A stretch of DNA of 32,000 bases, from assembly GCF_900083515.1 (NCBI RefSeq), contig NZ_LT671858.1, positions 480,001 to 512,000 on the forward strand, written 5' to 3'. This DNA comes from Cuniculiplasma divulgatum. Its GTDB lineage: Archaea > Thermoplasmatota > Thermoplasmata > Thermoplasmatales > Thermoplasmataceae. Both the position numbers and the translations under genes were made by a program. Under the pieces are notes generated by a model. That model was not told the origin of the DNA. It did no database searches and was given only the letters and a program-made list of their open reading frames with translations. Of the stretch, positions 1-8,898 are shown in pieces. How positions within the stretch are numbered: position 1 is the first letter of the stretch; each line of letters starts with the position of its first letter.

Positions 1-1905
1 TTCCAGAAAACACCCAGAATGTCAACATATCTACTCTATTTGGGGGCATCAAGGTATGATATGTTAGAAGGAAAGCATGAAGAAAAACCCATATACCTTG
101 CATCTGCAAAGGGAAAAATGCAGGCCAGTAAAATGCCCATAGGCATGGCTTCTGACACCCTGACCTTTTTTGAGGACTATTTCGACATAAAATATCAACT
201 ACCCAAGCTTCATCTCATAGCCGTTCCTGAATTCGCTTTCGGGGCAATGGAGAACTGGGGTGCGATCACATTCAGGGAAATTGAGCTGATGGTAAATGAA
301 AGTACGAGTTCAGCGATTCTTAAGAGAGTGGATGAGGTAATCTCTCACGAACTTGCTCACCAGTGGTTTGGTGATCTAGTTACAATGAAATGGTGGGATG
401 ATCTATGGCTTAATGAAAGCTTTGCAACCTTTATGAGTTATAAGGCTCTGGAACACAAGCACCCAGAGTGGGAAATAATGGGCGAGATGGTAACCGGGGA
501 GACAGGAGGTGCAATGACAGGCGATAGTCTCAGGAATACGCATCCGATCCATGTGGAAGTAAAAAACCCAGATGAAATATCACAGATTTTTGATGAGATA
601 AGTTATGGAAAGGGAGGCAGTATATTAAGGATGATTGAAGCTTTCGTGGAGCCTGATAATTTCAGAAATGGAGTGAGGGAGTATCTTAAGGGGCACAGTT
701 TTGGCAATGCTATAGGTCAAAATCTCTGGGAGTCGATAGAGAAAGTTTCAAAGAAGCCTGTTTCGAAAATCATGGACGCCTGGATTACAAAAGCTGGATA
801 CCCACAGATTGAGGCATCCGTAAATGGAAATAAGATAAAACTTCATCAAACAAGATTCTTCCTTGATGGCAGTCCTGACAACACACTATGGCCAGTCCCA
901 TTAACTGTGGTATACTCTGATGGAGTAAAATCATTCCTTATGGATGAAGAGGAAATGGAAATACCGCTACAGAGCTTCCAGTATATAAATAGTAATAGAA
1001 CAGGGTTCTACAGGGTAAAATATGATGGTGAGTTAAATGAAAATATAAAGAAAGTTGCACCAACCACCATGGATAAATTCTCAAGATGGGGACTTATTTC
1101 CGATTATTCATCTCTCTACTTTTCTAGAAAGATTTCCATTGATGAGCTAATATCTATTCTGAATATGTTCCAATCTGACATGGAATATATGGTTATGGAT
1201 GAAATATCTGGAATAATAATGAGTTTACACAACATTCTTCAAAATTCCAGAAAGATTGACTCATTTGGCATATCCTATCTTAATGGTATGTTGAATTCCC
1301 TTGGCACATTTAAGAGTGGTGAACCAATCAATATTACAGTGATAAGAGGAAGAATGCAATCGGTTCTTTCACTGATAGATCTGGATTATGCAAAGAAGAC
1401 TGCAAACAGGCTCAGTGACTTCGAGAAAGTATCTCCAGATGAAAGGCAGTCTGTGGCTTATGCCTATGCAATGGCAAGAAACGATCTGGATGGTCTTCTG
1501 AAAAAACTTGAAACACTCAGAGTAGACGAGGACAAAATTAAGATAATAAGTGCAATGGGTCATCTAAAAGGAAATGAAAATCTTACAGCTGTATGGGGTC
1601 TTATCAGGGACGGAAAAATAAAAAAACAGGATTCATTCAGGGCCATAATGGCAGCATCAGGAGAGGCACAGAACAGACAGTTTATTGTTGATAACATGGA
1701 AGAAATTGTTTCGACACTGGACAGATTCTTTGAGGGAACCGGATACACATCAAGATTCCTTGAATCAATGATACCTTATCTGGGACTGCAGGATGAAAAA
1801 TCTGTGAAGGAATATATATCAGGAAAAAACGAGCCATCATGGGAAAAGGGAGTGAGGAAAGGACTGGAGTACCTTAACATATATAAAAAGGTAAATACTG
1901 AGTAA
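1..1905 (+). CDS. M1-family zinc aminopeptidase (tricorn-interacting factor F3-like), 5'-truncated by window edge
   Basis: Frame 1 is open from nt 1 with no stop before the listed ATG at 19, so the N-terminus lies upstream. GAMEN motif (GAMENWG, nt 241-261). HELAH (nt 346-360) followed by WLNESFA gives the gluzincin HEXXH-X18-E signature. Long helical C-terminal domain. Confidence 0.9.
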   Translation, partial: FQKTPRMSTYLLYLGASRYDMLEGKHEEKPIYLASAKGKMQASKMPIGMASDTLTFFEDYFDIKYQLPKLHLIAVPEFAFGAMENWGAITFREIELMVNESTSSAILKRVDEVISHELAHQWFGDLVTMKWWDDLWLNESFATFMSYKALEHKHPEWEIMGEMVTGETGGAMTGDSLRNTHPIHVEVKNPDEISQIFDEISYGKGGSILRMIEAFVEPDNFRNGVREYLKGHSFGNAIGQNLWESIEKVSKKPVSKIMDAWITKAGYPQIEASVNGNKIKLHQTRFFLDGSPDNTLWPVPLTVVYSDGVKSFLMDEEEMEIPLQSFQYINSNRTGFYRVKYDGELNENIKKVAPTTMDKFSRWGLISDYSSLYFSRKISIDELISILNMFQSDMEYMVMDEISGIIMSLHNILQNSRKIDSFGISYLNGMLNSLGTFKSGEPINITVIRGRMQSVLSLIDLDYAKKTANRLSDFEKVSPDERQSVAYAYAMARNDLDGLLKKLETLRVDEDKIKIISAMGHLKGNENLTAVWGLIRDGKIKKQDSFRAIMAASGEAQNRQFIVDNMEEIVSTLDRFFEGTGYTSRFLESMIPYLGLQDEKSVKEYISGKNEPSWEKGVRKGLEYLNIYKKVNTE

Positions 1906-1909
1906 AGTT

Positions 1910-3214
1910 CTAAAAGGCTTTTGTCACGTGCAGGTCCTGTACCAGCACAGAGGCCATTATGGACGGAGAAACCTCTTCCCAGAATTTCACATTTTTAAGT
2001 TCACTTGATACCCCGGATATATTTTTAATTATTTTACCAAAGGAATCGCTTATTCTTACACCGCTAATTCTCCCTGCTATCTCTCCATTCTCAACCCTGA
2101 AAATTCCGTCTCTCGGTACTGTTGAAAATACTGCGTTTCTATTATCCTGAAAACGGGTATACCAGGCATTTTTTATGTACAGTCCATGGTCTATGGAGTG
2201 AAGAAGATCTTCAACCGATCTGTTACCTGATTCCATAGAAAGCTGAAGTGGTTCTGGACTTATTATTCCTGCATTACCTGTGGTTTTTGTCCCGGAGGTG
2301 ACTGCAGTAGAATATGAATGTACAAAATTTTCCAGCACCCCGTGAGTTATAAGGTTTTTATTGAAGCATGGTGTCCCCTCATCATCGAATACTGTATAAT
2401 TTGAGCCATGTTTGTTTAGTGGAGAATCTGAAAGTGTTAGGGATTCAGAAGCGACTCTATTCCCAAGGCTTTCATCCAGATAGCTCATACCCATCTGTAC
2501 TGAATAAGCGGAAAACAGCGAGGAGCAATATGTAAATATATTGCCTATGACGTATGGAGAAAGGAGTGTTTCGAAGTTTCCAGCCTCAAACTCTATTGAA
2601 GGAACTATGAGTGATGCCGTTTTTCCAGCCTCCATACCGGCTTTTTTTGCAATCTCAACAGGATCCTTCGCACTGGATGAGAAGTGTACTCCTTCCTGGC
2701 CTGTATTCTGCCCTCTAAATGCCCTTATATCAAAGTTGAAATCATCGTATGTGACATGATGCTCATTGAAGGGTGTTATAATGTGGTCATCAGTATAGGT
2801 TCTGTAAGCGAGACCTGTACTTCTCTCAGAACCACCTTCCCTTGCCCCCTCTACACAGGCGTTAACTATATCATCAAGCTCCACAGACTTTTCCTGTTCC
2901 TCTATCTTTTCTATAGAACTGTATTTTTCAGGATTTATACCGTTGAACGTATTTGATTCTTCCCCCTTTATCATAGATCTGTAAGATTTCTCTATTTTTT
3001 CTTCTATATTAGAGTCGTTATCAAGACTTATTTCAGTTATCTTCTTTCCTGAGTTGAGGAATATTGAAATGCCCTCCCTTGTCCAGTAATTTCTAAGATC
3101 TACCAGATTGTTTGAAAACCTTATCTGTTCTATATTGGTTCTAATTAACCTGATCACATAGGAATCTAGCTTTAGTTTCTTTACATTTCTTTTAATTAAA
3201 TTTAAGTCAGCCAT
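1910..3214 (-). CDS. pmbA: PmbA/TldE-family protein (partner of TldD metalloprotease)
   Basis: 434-aa ORF, 9 nt downstream of the TldD ORF on the same strand. Visibly paralogous to it in the C-terminal core (HGLYIKNAWYTRF...VENGEI versus NGIYIKSYTEWNI...IENGRL). Lacks the HExxxH metal site, as expected for the PmbA/TldE subunit. Confidence 0.75.
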   Translation of the reverse strand: MADLNLIKRNVKKLKLDSYVIRLIRTNIEQIRFSNNLVDLRNYWTREGISIFLNSGKKITEISLDNDSNIEEKIEKSYRSMIKGEESNTFNGINPEKYSSIEKIEEQEKSVELDDIVNACVEGAREGGSERSTGLAYRTYTDDHIITPFNEHHVTYDDFNFDIRAFRGQNTGQEGVHFSSSAKDPVEIAKKAGMEAGKTASLIVPSIEFEAGNFETLLSPYVIGNIFTYCSSLFSAYSVQMGMSYLDESLGNRVASESLTLSDSPLNKHGSNYTVFDDEGTPCFNKNLITHGVLENFVHSYSTAVTSGTKTTGNAGIISPEPLQLSMESGNRSVEDLLHSIDHGLYIKNAWYTRFQDNRNAVFSTVPRDGIFRVENGEIAGRISGVRISDSFGKIIKNISGVSSELKNVKFWEEVSPSIMASVLVQDLHVTKAF

Positions 3215-3223
3215 AATTTTACC

Positions 3224-4606
3224 TCAGGATATGTATATATTCCTTAATCTGACGCTTGGACCACCCATCCATGTGTCAACCCCCTGCTCTGGATCGCCTT
3301 TTCCACATGTTCCAGCGGAGAATTCAAGTTCATTGGATACAGCGTCTATTGAGGAGTAGAAATTGACTGTATTTGTTTCAATAGCAGGCTTTCTTACCCT
3401 GCCTTTTAGTCTTCCATTTTCAATCAGGAATGCCTCACTTCCAACATACTTCTCATTGAATCTGATATCATCTATATTCCATTCCGTATAACTTTTTATG
3501 TAAATTCCATTCTTGATATCTTCAACCAGCTCATCAAATGTATGCTGACCCGGTTCTATATACGTAGTACTCATTCTTGCCAGAGGCTCCATATCCCAGT
3601 CGGAAACTCTCCCACCTCCGTTAGGCTCAACTCCATAACTTGCGGCACTCTCCCTGCTGTGGATAAATTCGTTTGTCATTCCATCCTTGTACAGATATCT
3701 CTTTCTTGCCCTTATTCCTTCATCGTCATACTTATAATATCCGTAGCTTCCCTTCAAAGTAGGATCGTCAATTACATTTACCACTGGTGAGCCTATCCTG
3801 AACGGGTATTTCTTGCCTGTGAGGAAGGATTCGCCAGCAAGTGATCCTTCTCTTCCAGATATCCTGTCCCATTCTGTTGGATGACCGCAAGATTCATGTG
3901 CCACTATACCTGCTATTTCTGGACTGATAATCACATCATACCTTCCAGGCTTTGCTGATGGGGACTTTGAAATCTCCTTCAGGTTTTTCACTGCATCCTC
4001 AATTTTTTTCTGTATTTCTAGTTCCCTAAAGTTGTCCATTCCACCTGTAGTACCAAACTGTCTGTAAATTTCTTCAAAGGATGTCCCTTCTTTATAACCA
4101 CCTACCATGAAATATCCGATTCTTGAAAGGTTAGACTCTATTAGGCTACCTGAAGTGTTCTGGTATATCTGTCTGATTTTCTTATGATATATTGCGTTCA
4201 TTCTTACTGATAGACCATATGACTTCATCATTTCATCAGCGTTTTTCATAATTTCCATTCTGTCTGAACTTTGAATATCTTCTACCTTATGTTTTCCAAC
4301 AGCATCCCATTTATCTTTGATTCCTCCAGAAACGTCAAGCTTGTTTCGACCTCCTCGGTGACTGTTCCTTATTACTCTGTCTATAATTTCCTGTATTCTG
4401 TCAAAATCAAAAGATGAAATAAATCCCATGGAAATGGATTCGTTCATGGCCCTTATGGCAATTCCCTCTCCTGATGAAGTACCTTCCCCCTGAAACTCTG
4501 AATTTCTCATGGATGCCCCGGTGCTTTCTCCAGACATGTACCTTACTTCACCATATCTTGCCCCCTTTTCCAGTTTGTCCAGAATCCTGTCCATCAGTTC
4601 AATCAT
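3224..4606 (-). CDS. tldD: TldD-family zinc metalloprotease
   Basis: 460-aa ORF with HESCGHPTE (the HExxxH site characteristic of TldD) and a conserved C-terminal PmbA_TldD core. Starts 2 nt after the stop of the upstream CBS gene. Confidence 0.85.
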   Translation of the reverse strand: MIELMDRILDKLEKGARYGEVRYMSGESTGASMRNSEFQGEGTSSGEGIAIRAMNESISMGFISSFDFDRIQEIIDRVIRNSHRGGRNKLDVSGGIKDKWDAVGKHKVEDIQSSDRMEIMKNADEMMKSYGLSVRMNAIYHKKIRQIYQNTSGSLIESNLSRIGYFMVGGYKEGTSFEEIYRQFGTTGGMDNFRELEIQKKIEDAVKNLKEISKSPSAKPGRYDVIISPEIAGIVAHESCGHPTEWDRISGREGSLAGESFLTGKKYPFRIGSPVVNVIDDPTLKGSYGYYKYDDEGIRARKRYLYKDGMTNEFIHSRESAASYGVEPNGGGRVSDWDMEPLARMSTTYIEPGQHTFDELVEDIKNGIYIKSYTEWNIDDIRFNEKYVGSEAFLIENGRLKGRVRKPAIETNTVNFYSSIDAVSNELEFSAGTCGKGDPEQGVDTWMGGPSVRLRNIYIS

Positions 4607-4608
4607 GC

Positions 4609-5709
4609 TTAGTTCTTCTCCTTTTCCCTCTTTGTTCTTGATTCATAATCATCAAATATATCAGAAAGGACCTTTCCAAAATTCCAGCCTGAGGAACTTT
4701 CGGTCATGTTTATTTTTCTCCCTATCAACCTTGTTCTTATGGAATATTTGATCCTTCCTTCTTCACTATGGTGCTTCACAACATGGATATTCATGGTTCC
4801 ATTTTTTAAATTTTCCAGCTTAGAAAATCTTTCGGTAAATTTTTCAACCATTGCGTATATTGTAGAGTATAGATCAGTATCCCCTGCACCAAGTCCTGAT
4901 ATGTTCACAAGAATGCCTTCTGTACTTTCCTTTGACCAGAGTGAACTTATTATGTCATCCACACTCAGTACTCCTACTATTTTCTTTCCCTTGTCACATA
5001 TTGCTATATTGTGAAGATGGTTTTTAACAAGTTCTTCAGATGCGGTGAAAAGATCTTCATCCTCGTAACAAAATACAGGCTGTTCCATAAGAGAATTAAT
5101 GTCTATATCTGGATGATTCCTCTCCCCTGTGAAGTCCCCTTTTCTAACTCTCTCCTTTGTTTTCATCTCATAATCCAGTATGTTTTCAACCCTGATCAGA
5201 CCAAGAAGATTCGTTTTTTCGTCCGCCACATTGATTGTGTCCACATCGTGTGCCCTGACTTTTTCCAGTATTGATTCCAGATCTTCATCAGGTTTTGCGA
5301 AATAAGCATCCTGCATTAGATCAAAAGTCTGAACACCCTTGAGTTCATCGAATTCCTCAATGTTCTTTATTATGTCTGTTCTGGAAACTACACCTGCAAT
5401 CTTTCCATTTTCTACCACAGGTAGGGCTCCCATTGCACTGTCTCTAAGTAGATTTACTGCCCTTTCAAGGGTATCTCTTCTTTTGAGTTCTGGAGATTTC
5501 GTCACAAAGTTCTTTATTTTGGAATTCAGATGAATGCTCCTCCTTCTTAATATATCTCTGTAACTGATCATTCCTATATATTTTCTTCCAGACACCACTG
5601 GAAGCTGAGCAATTTTGTTATCTCTCATTCTGTTCAGTGCTAGAGATACTGTTGTCTCCTCATCAATTGTCAATGGATTCTCTGTCATTATATCTTCAAC
5701 TGTCTTCAT
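4609..5709 (-). CDS. CBS-domain protein (four CBS repeats) with extra ~100-aa C-terminal beta-alpha-beta-beta-beta-alpha domain
   Basis: 366 aa. Four repeats of the CBS pattern (e.g. IAQLPVV..GRKYIGMISYRDIL; MGALPVVENGKIAGVVSRTDII; VDTINVADEKTNLLGLIRVENIL; HNIAICDKGKKIVGVLSVDDII). The C-terminal residues ~265-366 are not CBS-like (see finding). 4-nt gap to glyA upstream, 2-nt gap to tldD downstream. Confidence 0.8.
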   Translation of the reverse strand: MKTVEDIMTENPLTIDEETTVSLALNRMRDNKIAQLPVVSGRKYIGMISYRDILRRRSIHLNSKIKNFVTKSPELKRRDTLERAVNLLRDSAMGALPVVENGKIAGVVSRTDIIKNIEEFDELKGVQTFDLMQDAYFAKPDEDLESILEKVRAHDVDTINVADEKTNLLGLIRVENILDYEMKTKERVRKGDFTGERNHPDIDINSLMEQPVFCYEDEDLFTASEELVKNHLHNIAICDKGKKIVGVLSVDDIISSLWSKESTEGILVNISGLGAGDTDLYSTIYAMVEKFTERFSKLENLKNGTMNIHVVKHHSEEGRIKYSIRTRLIGRKINMTESSSGWNFGKVLSDIFDDYESRTKREKEKN

Positions 5710-5713
5710 AATC

Positions 5714-6895
5714 TCACCTGCAAAATTTTATACTTGAATTTCTCAGGACTTCAGTGATCCTGCTTCTTACATCTTTTCCCTTTATGGCATCGGAGACTAC
5801 CTCTCCCAGGGTAACCATGTCTGTTAGCCCAATTCTTGTAATTTCCGCTGTACCGAGTCTCCCTTCCGTATCTGCGATTATTCTATTATTTTCTAGTCTC
5901 TTGCTTATTGTTTTGAAATCACCATATTTCTGGAAATTATCCTTTGAGAGAATTATCTGGTGACTTTCAGAATACCATGGCGCATATTTTACTGCAATAC
6001 CTGAATCGTTTAGCGTTCTGGCAAGAGTATATGTGTTTGAAACAATCCATCCTGCATAACTTTCTCCGAATGTTATGAGGTCCTGAGCAGCAATGCCAAG
6101 AGCGGCAATCCTATTCGGATGATAGTTATCCATTGTTTTCCAAACAACATTTTCGTTTATTTTTTCAGCTAATTCTTCATTGTTTGTGAGAACAATTCCT
6201 CCCTGCGGGCCAAAGAATGTCTTGTGAGTTGAACCGAATAAAATGTCTGAATATTTAAGTGCGTCTGGCTGAAATTTCTTACCAGCTACGAGTCCCATTA
6301 CATGTGATCCGTCATAAAGGAGCTTTGAACCTGTTTTATCGCAAATTTCTCTTATTCGACCGAGATCATAATGCTTTACAAAAAAAGACTGACCAAGCAC
6401 AACTGCCTTGGGTTTAATCTCCGTTGCCTTCTTTTCAAAAGAGTCGTAGTCAATTTCCTGTTTTTCCTCACTGTAAGGGATGAATTCAGTCTTGAACCCC
6501 AGCATATTCGGAAGATAGTTTTCCATGTATCCGGTGTATCCACCGTTTTCTTCACTTATTGCCATTATTGTATCATTTTTTTGAATTGTGCTCAGTAAAC
6601 TGATCTCCGCTGCAATATGTCCACCCAGTGGTCTTATTTCCGCAAACTTAGAACCATATAATGTTTTTATGTTTCTCTCTGTTTCGTTGAAAATATTCTC
6701 TATCATCTCAGTTCCGCCATAGGCATTTCTCCCATCTGGCATAACATGGGAATATCTCCCACCTAAATCTGTTCCCAATGCCATCTTCACGTGAGAGCAG
6801 AGAAAATTCTCCGATGCCTGAAGATTCAGGACATCTCTCCTGTACCTCCCATAATTGTCCACCATTTCTACGATCGATGCCATTAATTCTCCCAT
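5714..6895 (-). CDS. glyA: serine hydroxymethyltransferase (divergent archaeal type)
   Basis: 393 aa. N-terminal LNLQASENF, and the PLP-lysine block STHKTFFGPQGG matching the SHMT signature (S/T)THKTxxGPxGG. The start may be the second Met (MASIVE, nt 6883). Confidence 0.8.
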   Translation of the reverse strand: MGELMASIVEMVDNYGRYRRDVLNLQASENFLCSHVKMALGTDLGGRYSHVMPDGRNAYGGTEMIENIFNETERNIKTLYGSKFAEIRPLGGHIAAEISLLSTIQKNDTIMAISEENGGYTGYMENYLPNMLGFKTEFIPYSEEKQEIDYDSFEKKATEIKPKAVVLGQSFFVKHYDLGRIREICDKTGSKLLYDGSHVMGLVAGKKFQPDALKYSDILFGSTHKTFFGPQGGIVLTNNEELAEKINENVVWKTMDNYHPNRIAALGIAAQDLITFGESYAGWIVSNTYTLARTLNDSGIAVKYAPWYSESHQIILSKDNFQKYGDFKTISKRLENNRIIADTEGRLGTAEITRIGLTDMVTLGEVVSDAIKGKDVRSRITEVLRNSSIKFCR

Positions 6896-6914
6896 ATGGT
6901 AATTAGCAAGCGGT

Positions 6915-6924
6915 TATTATAAAA
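6915..6924 (-). promoter_or_regulatory. TATA-box-like element for the glyA-CBS-tldD-pmbA gene string
   Basis: The minus strand reads TTTTATAATA, centred ~25 nt upstream of the glyA ATG (6895). This is the geometry expected for an archaeal promoter giving a leaderless or near-leaderless mRNA. Sequence-only inference. Confidence 0.35.
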
Positions 6925-7004
6925 TTTGGATTGTTTACACATATTATATATGAAATTTTTATGAATTATAAATATTGTTTAGCAAATTAGGCCATTATCT
7001 GCAG

Positions 7005-8240
7005 TTAATATCGATCGATTACAGGCTTGTAGTCTATATTTGCATTCTTTGTTTCAATTCCGAAATAGAACCAGTAAACAGATGCAAGCAGTCCCATGGC
7101 CCAGAGTATGACGTTGATCAGTAGAAAGTTAGATAGATTCAGGGTGCTGGTATAAAAAGTGAATATCGGGTATGCTATCATAGGCCATAGTCTGGTCAGG
7201 CCAATAAGTGTCGATCTGTTTATTGTACCGTAAAGTTCAGGTTCAAGAACAGACCTTGAAGCATAGGCAAACTCACTCATGAACATATTTGCAAAAAGTA
7301 AGGGAAGAAATATTAGCATGTTAGTAAGATATGGTACCATTATGAAAATTGCAACCATTGTAACTGTGCCAAACAGGAAGGAGAGTAATGTATAATTCTT
7401 TCTTCCCCTCGAAATGAGTGGAGCCGCAATGAAACCAGCTACAGAAGAACCTAACAGTGCTACAAATATAATCAGATCATCCTCTGAGCTATTTGGAAAC
7501 TCTATGGGTGCAAGAACATATGCCATGAGACCAAATGTAAGATACTGAGAGACTGCTATTACCCCCAGAAAAATAAAAGAAGAAATAAGCCTTGGCTGCG
7601 AAATGCTTTCGCCGTCATCTTTCAGGTCAATCTTTTCTCTCTCTATTTGGCTTTCATCTGCGTTTCCTGTTTCCTTAAGCCACATCTGAGATTCGGGAAT
7701 GACTCGTCTTAGAAGAACAATAAATAAAATCAGTAACAATGACCCGATCAGTAGCACAATTCTATCCTGAAGATTGTTAACCACTATGAAAAAGAGACCT
7801 GCCATGAGGGCGCTTCCTATGTTATCCATATTAGTCAATATAGTTAACCAGAATGGTCTTTTATTTGCATCTGTGTTCTCAGCAACTAAAGAAAGTGACG
7901 ATGGTTCTTCTCCACCAACTCCAAACTCTGCCAGTATGAGACCTAGCAGCAAAGGAAGAACGTTATAACTCAGGCTTATAACGATAATGCCTATGGTATA
8001 AAATGACATGGTAATAAGAAAAACCTTTTTTCTGCCAATGACATCGGCAAGAATTCCCATGGAGAGATTACCTGCCGGAACCACCAGGGATCCTATTAAA
8101 AGAAATATTAGTTTTCCAGTGTGATTGAGATTTCCTATTATGGATCCAGACGCAGCAAGCGGGCCAATTGTGCCAACTATCCCCCAGAAAATAAATGCAA
8201 AGGATGTTGATGCAAGGAGGGATGTTCTATATTTATTCAT
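7005..8240 (-). CDS. MFS transporter, TPP-riboswitch-controlled (candidate thiamine/thiamine-precursor transporter)
   Basis: About 12 hydrophobic segments. MFS motif A between TM2 and TM3 (GILADVIGRKKVFL). The ORF track starts at 8255 (MEVFYM...), but that ATG is embedded in AUGGAGG. GGAGG (8253-8249) sits 8 nt upstream of the ATG at 8240 (MNKYRTS...), so 8240 is the more likely start. The riboswitch lies immediately upstream. Confidence 0.85.
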   Translation of the reverse strand: MNKYRTSLLASTSFAFIFWGIVGTIGPLAASGSIIGNLNHTGKLIFLLIGSLVVPAGNLSMGILADVIGRKKVFLITMSFYTIGIIVISLSYNVLPLLLGLILAEFGVGGEEPSSLSLVAENTDANKRPFWLTILTNMDNIGSALMAGLFFIVVNNLQDRIVLLIGSLLLILFIVLLRRVIPESQMWLKETGNADESQIEREKIDLKDDGESISQPRLISSFIFLGVIAVSQYLTFGLMAYVLAPIEFPNSSEDDLIIFVALLGSSVAGFIAAPLISRGRKNYTLLSFLFGTVTMVAIFIMVPYLTNMLIFLPLLFANMFMSEFAYASRSVLEPELYGTINRSTLIGLTRLWPMIAYPIFTFYTSTLNLSNFLLINVILWAMGLLASVYWFYFGIETKNANIDYKPVIDRY

Positions 8241-8299
8241 ATAGAATACCTCCATAAAATAAACCTATTACAGGCAAACTTCTTTTTACGTTATCGTAT

Positions 8300-8395
8300 G
8301 TTGTATCCATCTTCTCCCTCCGCCGGCATTACCCGGGTCAGGTTCAAAGGGTCGATCTTCTGATCCTCTCAGCCAATGGCTCCCCTGAACACAAC
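8300..8395 (-). promoter_or_regulatory. TPP (thiamine pyrophosphate, THI-box) riboswitch aptamer
   Basis: Minus-strand RNA: GUUGUGUUCAGGGGAGCCAUUGGCUGAGAGGAUCAGAAGAUCGACCCUUUGAACCUGACCCGGGUAAUGCCGGCGGAGGGAGAAGAUGGAUACAAC. Conserved blocks CUGAGA, ACCCUUUGAACCUGA, GGGUAAUGCCGGCG and AGGGA occur in canonical order. P1 is GUUGU/ACAAC plus UUC/GAA, the P4/P5 helix is CCCGG/CCGG, and a variable hairpin reads GGAUC-AGAA-GAUC. It is the only GC-rich noncoding patch in the window. Confidence 0.85.
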
Positions 8396-8408
8396 TTAAT
8401 TTTATCAA

Positions 8409-8417
8409 ATTATTAAA
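8409..8417 (-). promoter_or_regulatory. TATA-box-like element for the riboswitch-MFS transcript
   Basis: The minus strand reads TTTAATAAT, about 20-27 nt upstream of the first aptamer nucleotides (8395-8390). This would place the transcription start at the 5' edge of the riboswitch. Confidence 0.4.
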
Positions 8418-8898
8418 CTGTTTTGTTTTAATACTAATCTATCTTCTTAAGCAAATAGTTTCAAATCAAAAAGAGCAATTGATGCAATTTATCGTTTCAT
8501 TCTATGCGTATAATATTATTAAAAAATAGAGTTGGTTAATTTGGGACTTCCACAGATTTTATCATCATCTGACTTTAAAATTAGGTTCCCTTCAAATCTT
8601 TGGGGGTAATTTATAAACCTTCATTCATTGACATTTTGTGAAATCTGAAGAACGTAAAAGAGACATCTAAATGAGATTCTTGAAGTCATCAAATTTGAAA
8701 TAAATTCATCTGTTGTTCAAAAGGACTGAACAATAAGATCCTTACTTCAGCGTTCATCCGGATTCAAAGTAAGGGAATTCAGAGACTTGATTATATACCT
8801 GTTGGCTGGAGAATTGTGGTTACCTCTGGAATGTTAAAGATATCCGAATAAATTAAAAGAAGGCCATCTTAACCCTCACATGATATCAACTCAACTAA

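Noticed and set aside
8300-8395. My initial impression was that the GC-rich patch was a tRNA or SRP/RNase P fragment
   Set aside because: No cloverleaf can be drawn. The sequence instead matches the TPP riboswitch consensus block by block.
8562-8572. C-box-like AUGAUGA (minus strand) and D-box-like CUGA (plus strand), suggesting a C/D box sRNA in the ORF-free gap
   Set aside because: No matching partner box lies at the ~50-60 nt spacing typical of archaeal C/D sRNAs on either strand, and there is no terminal stem.
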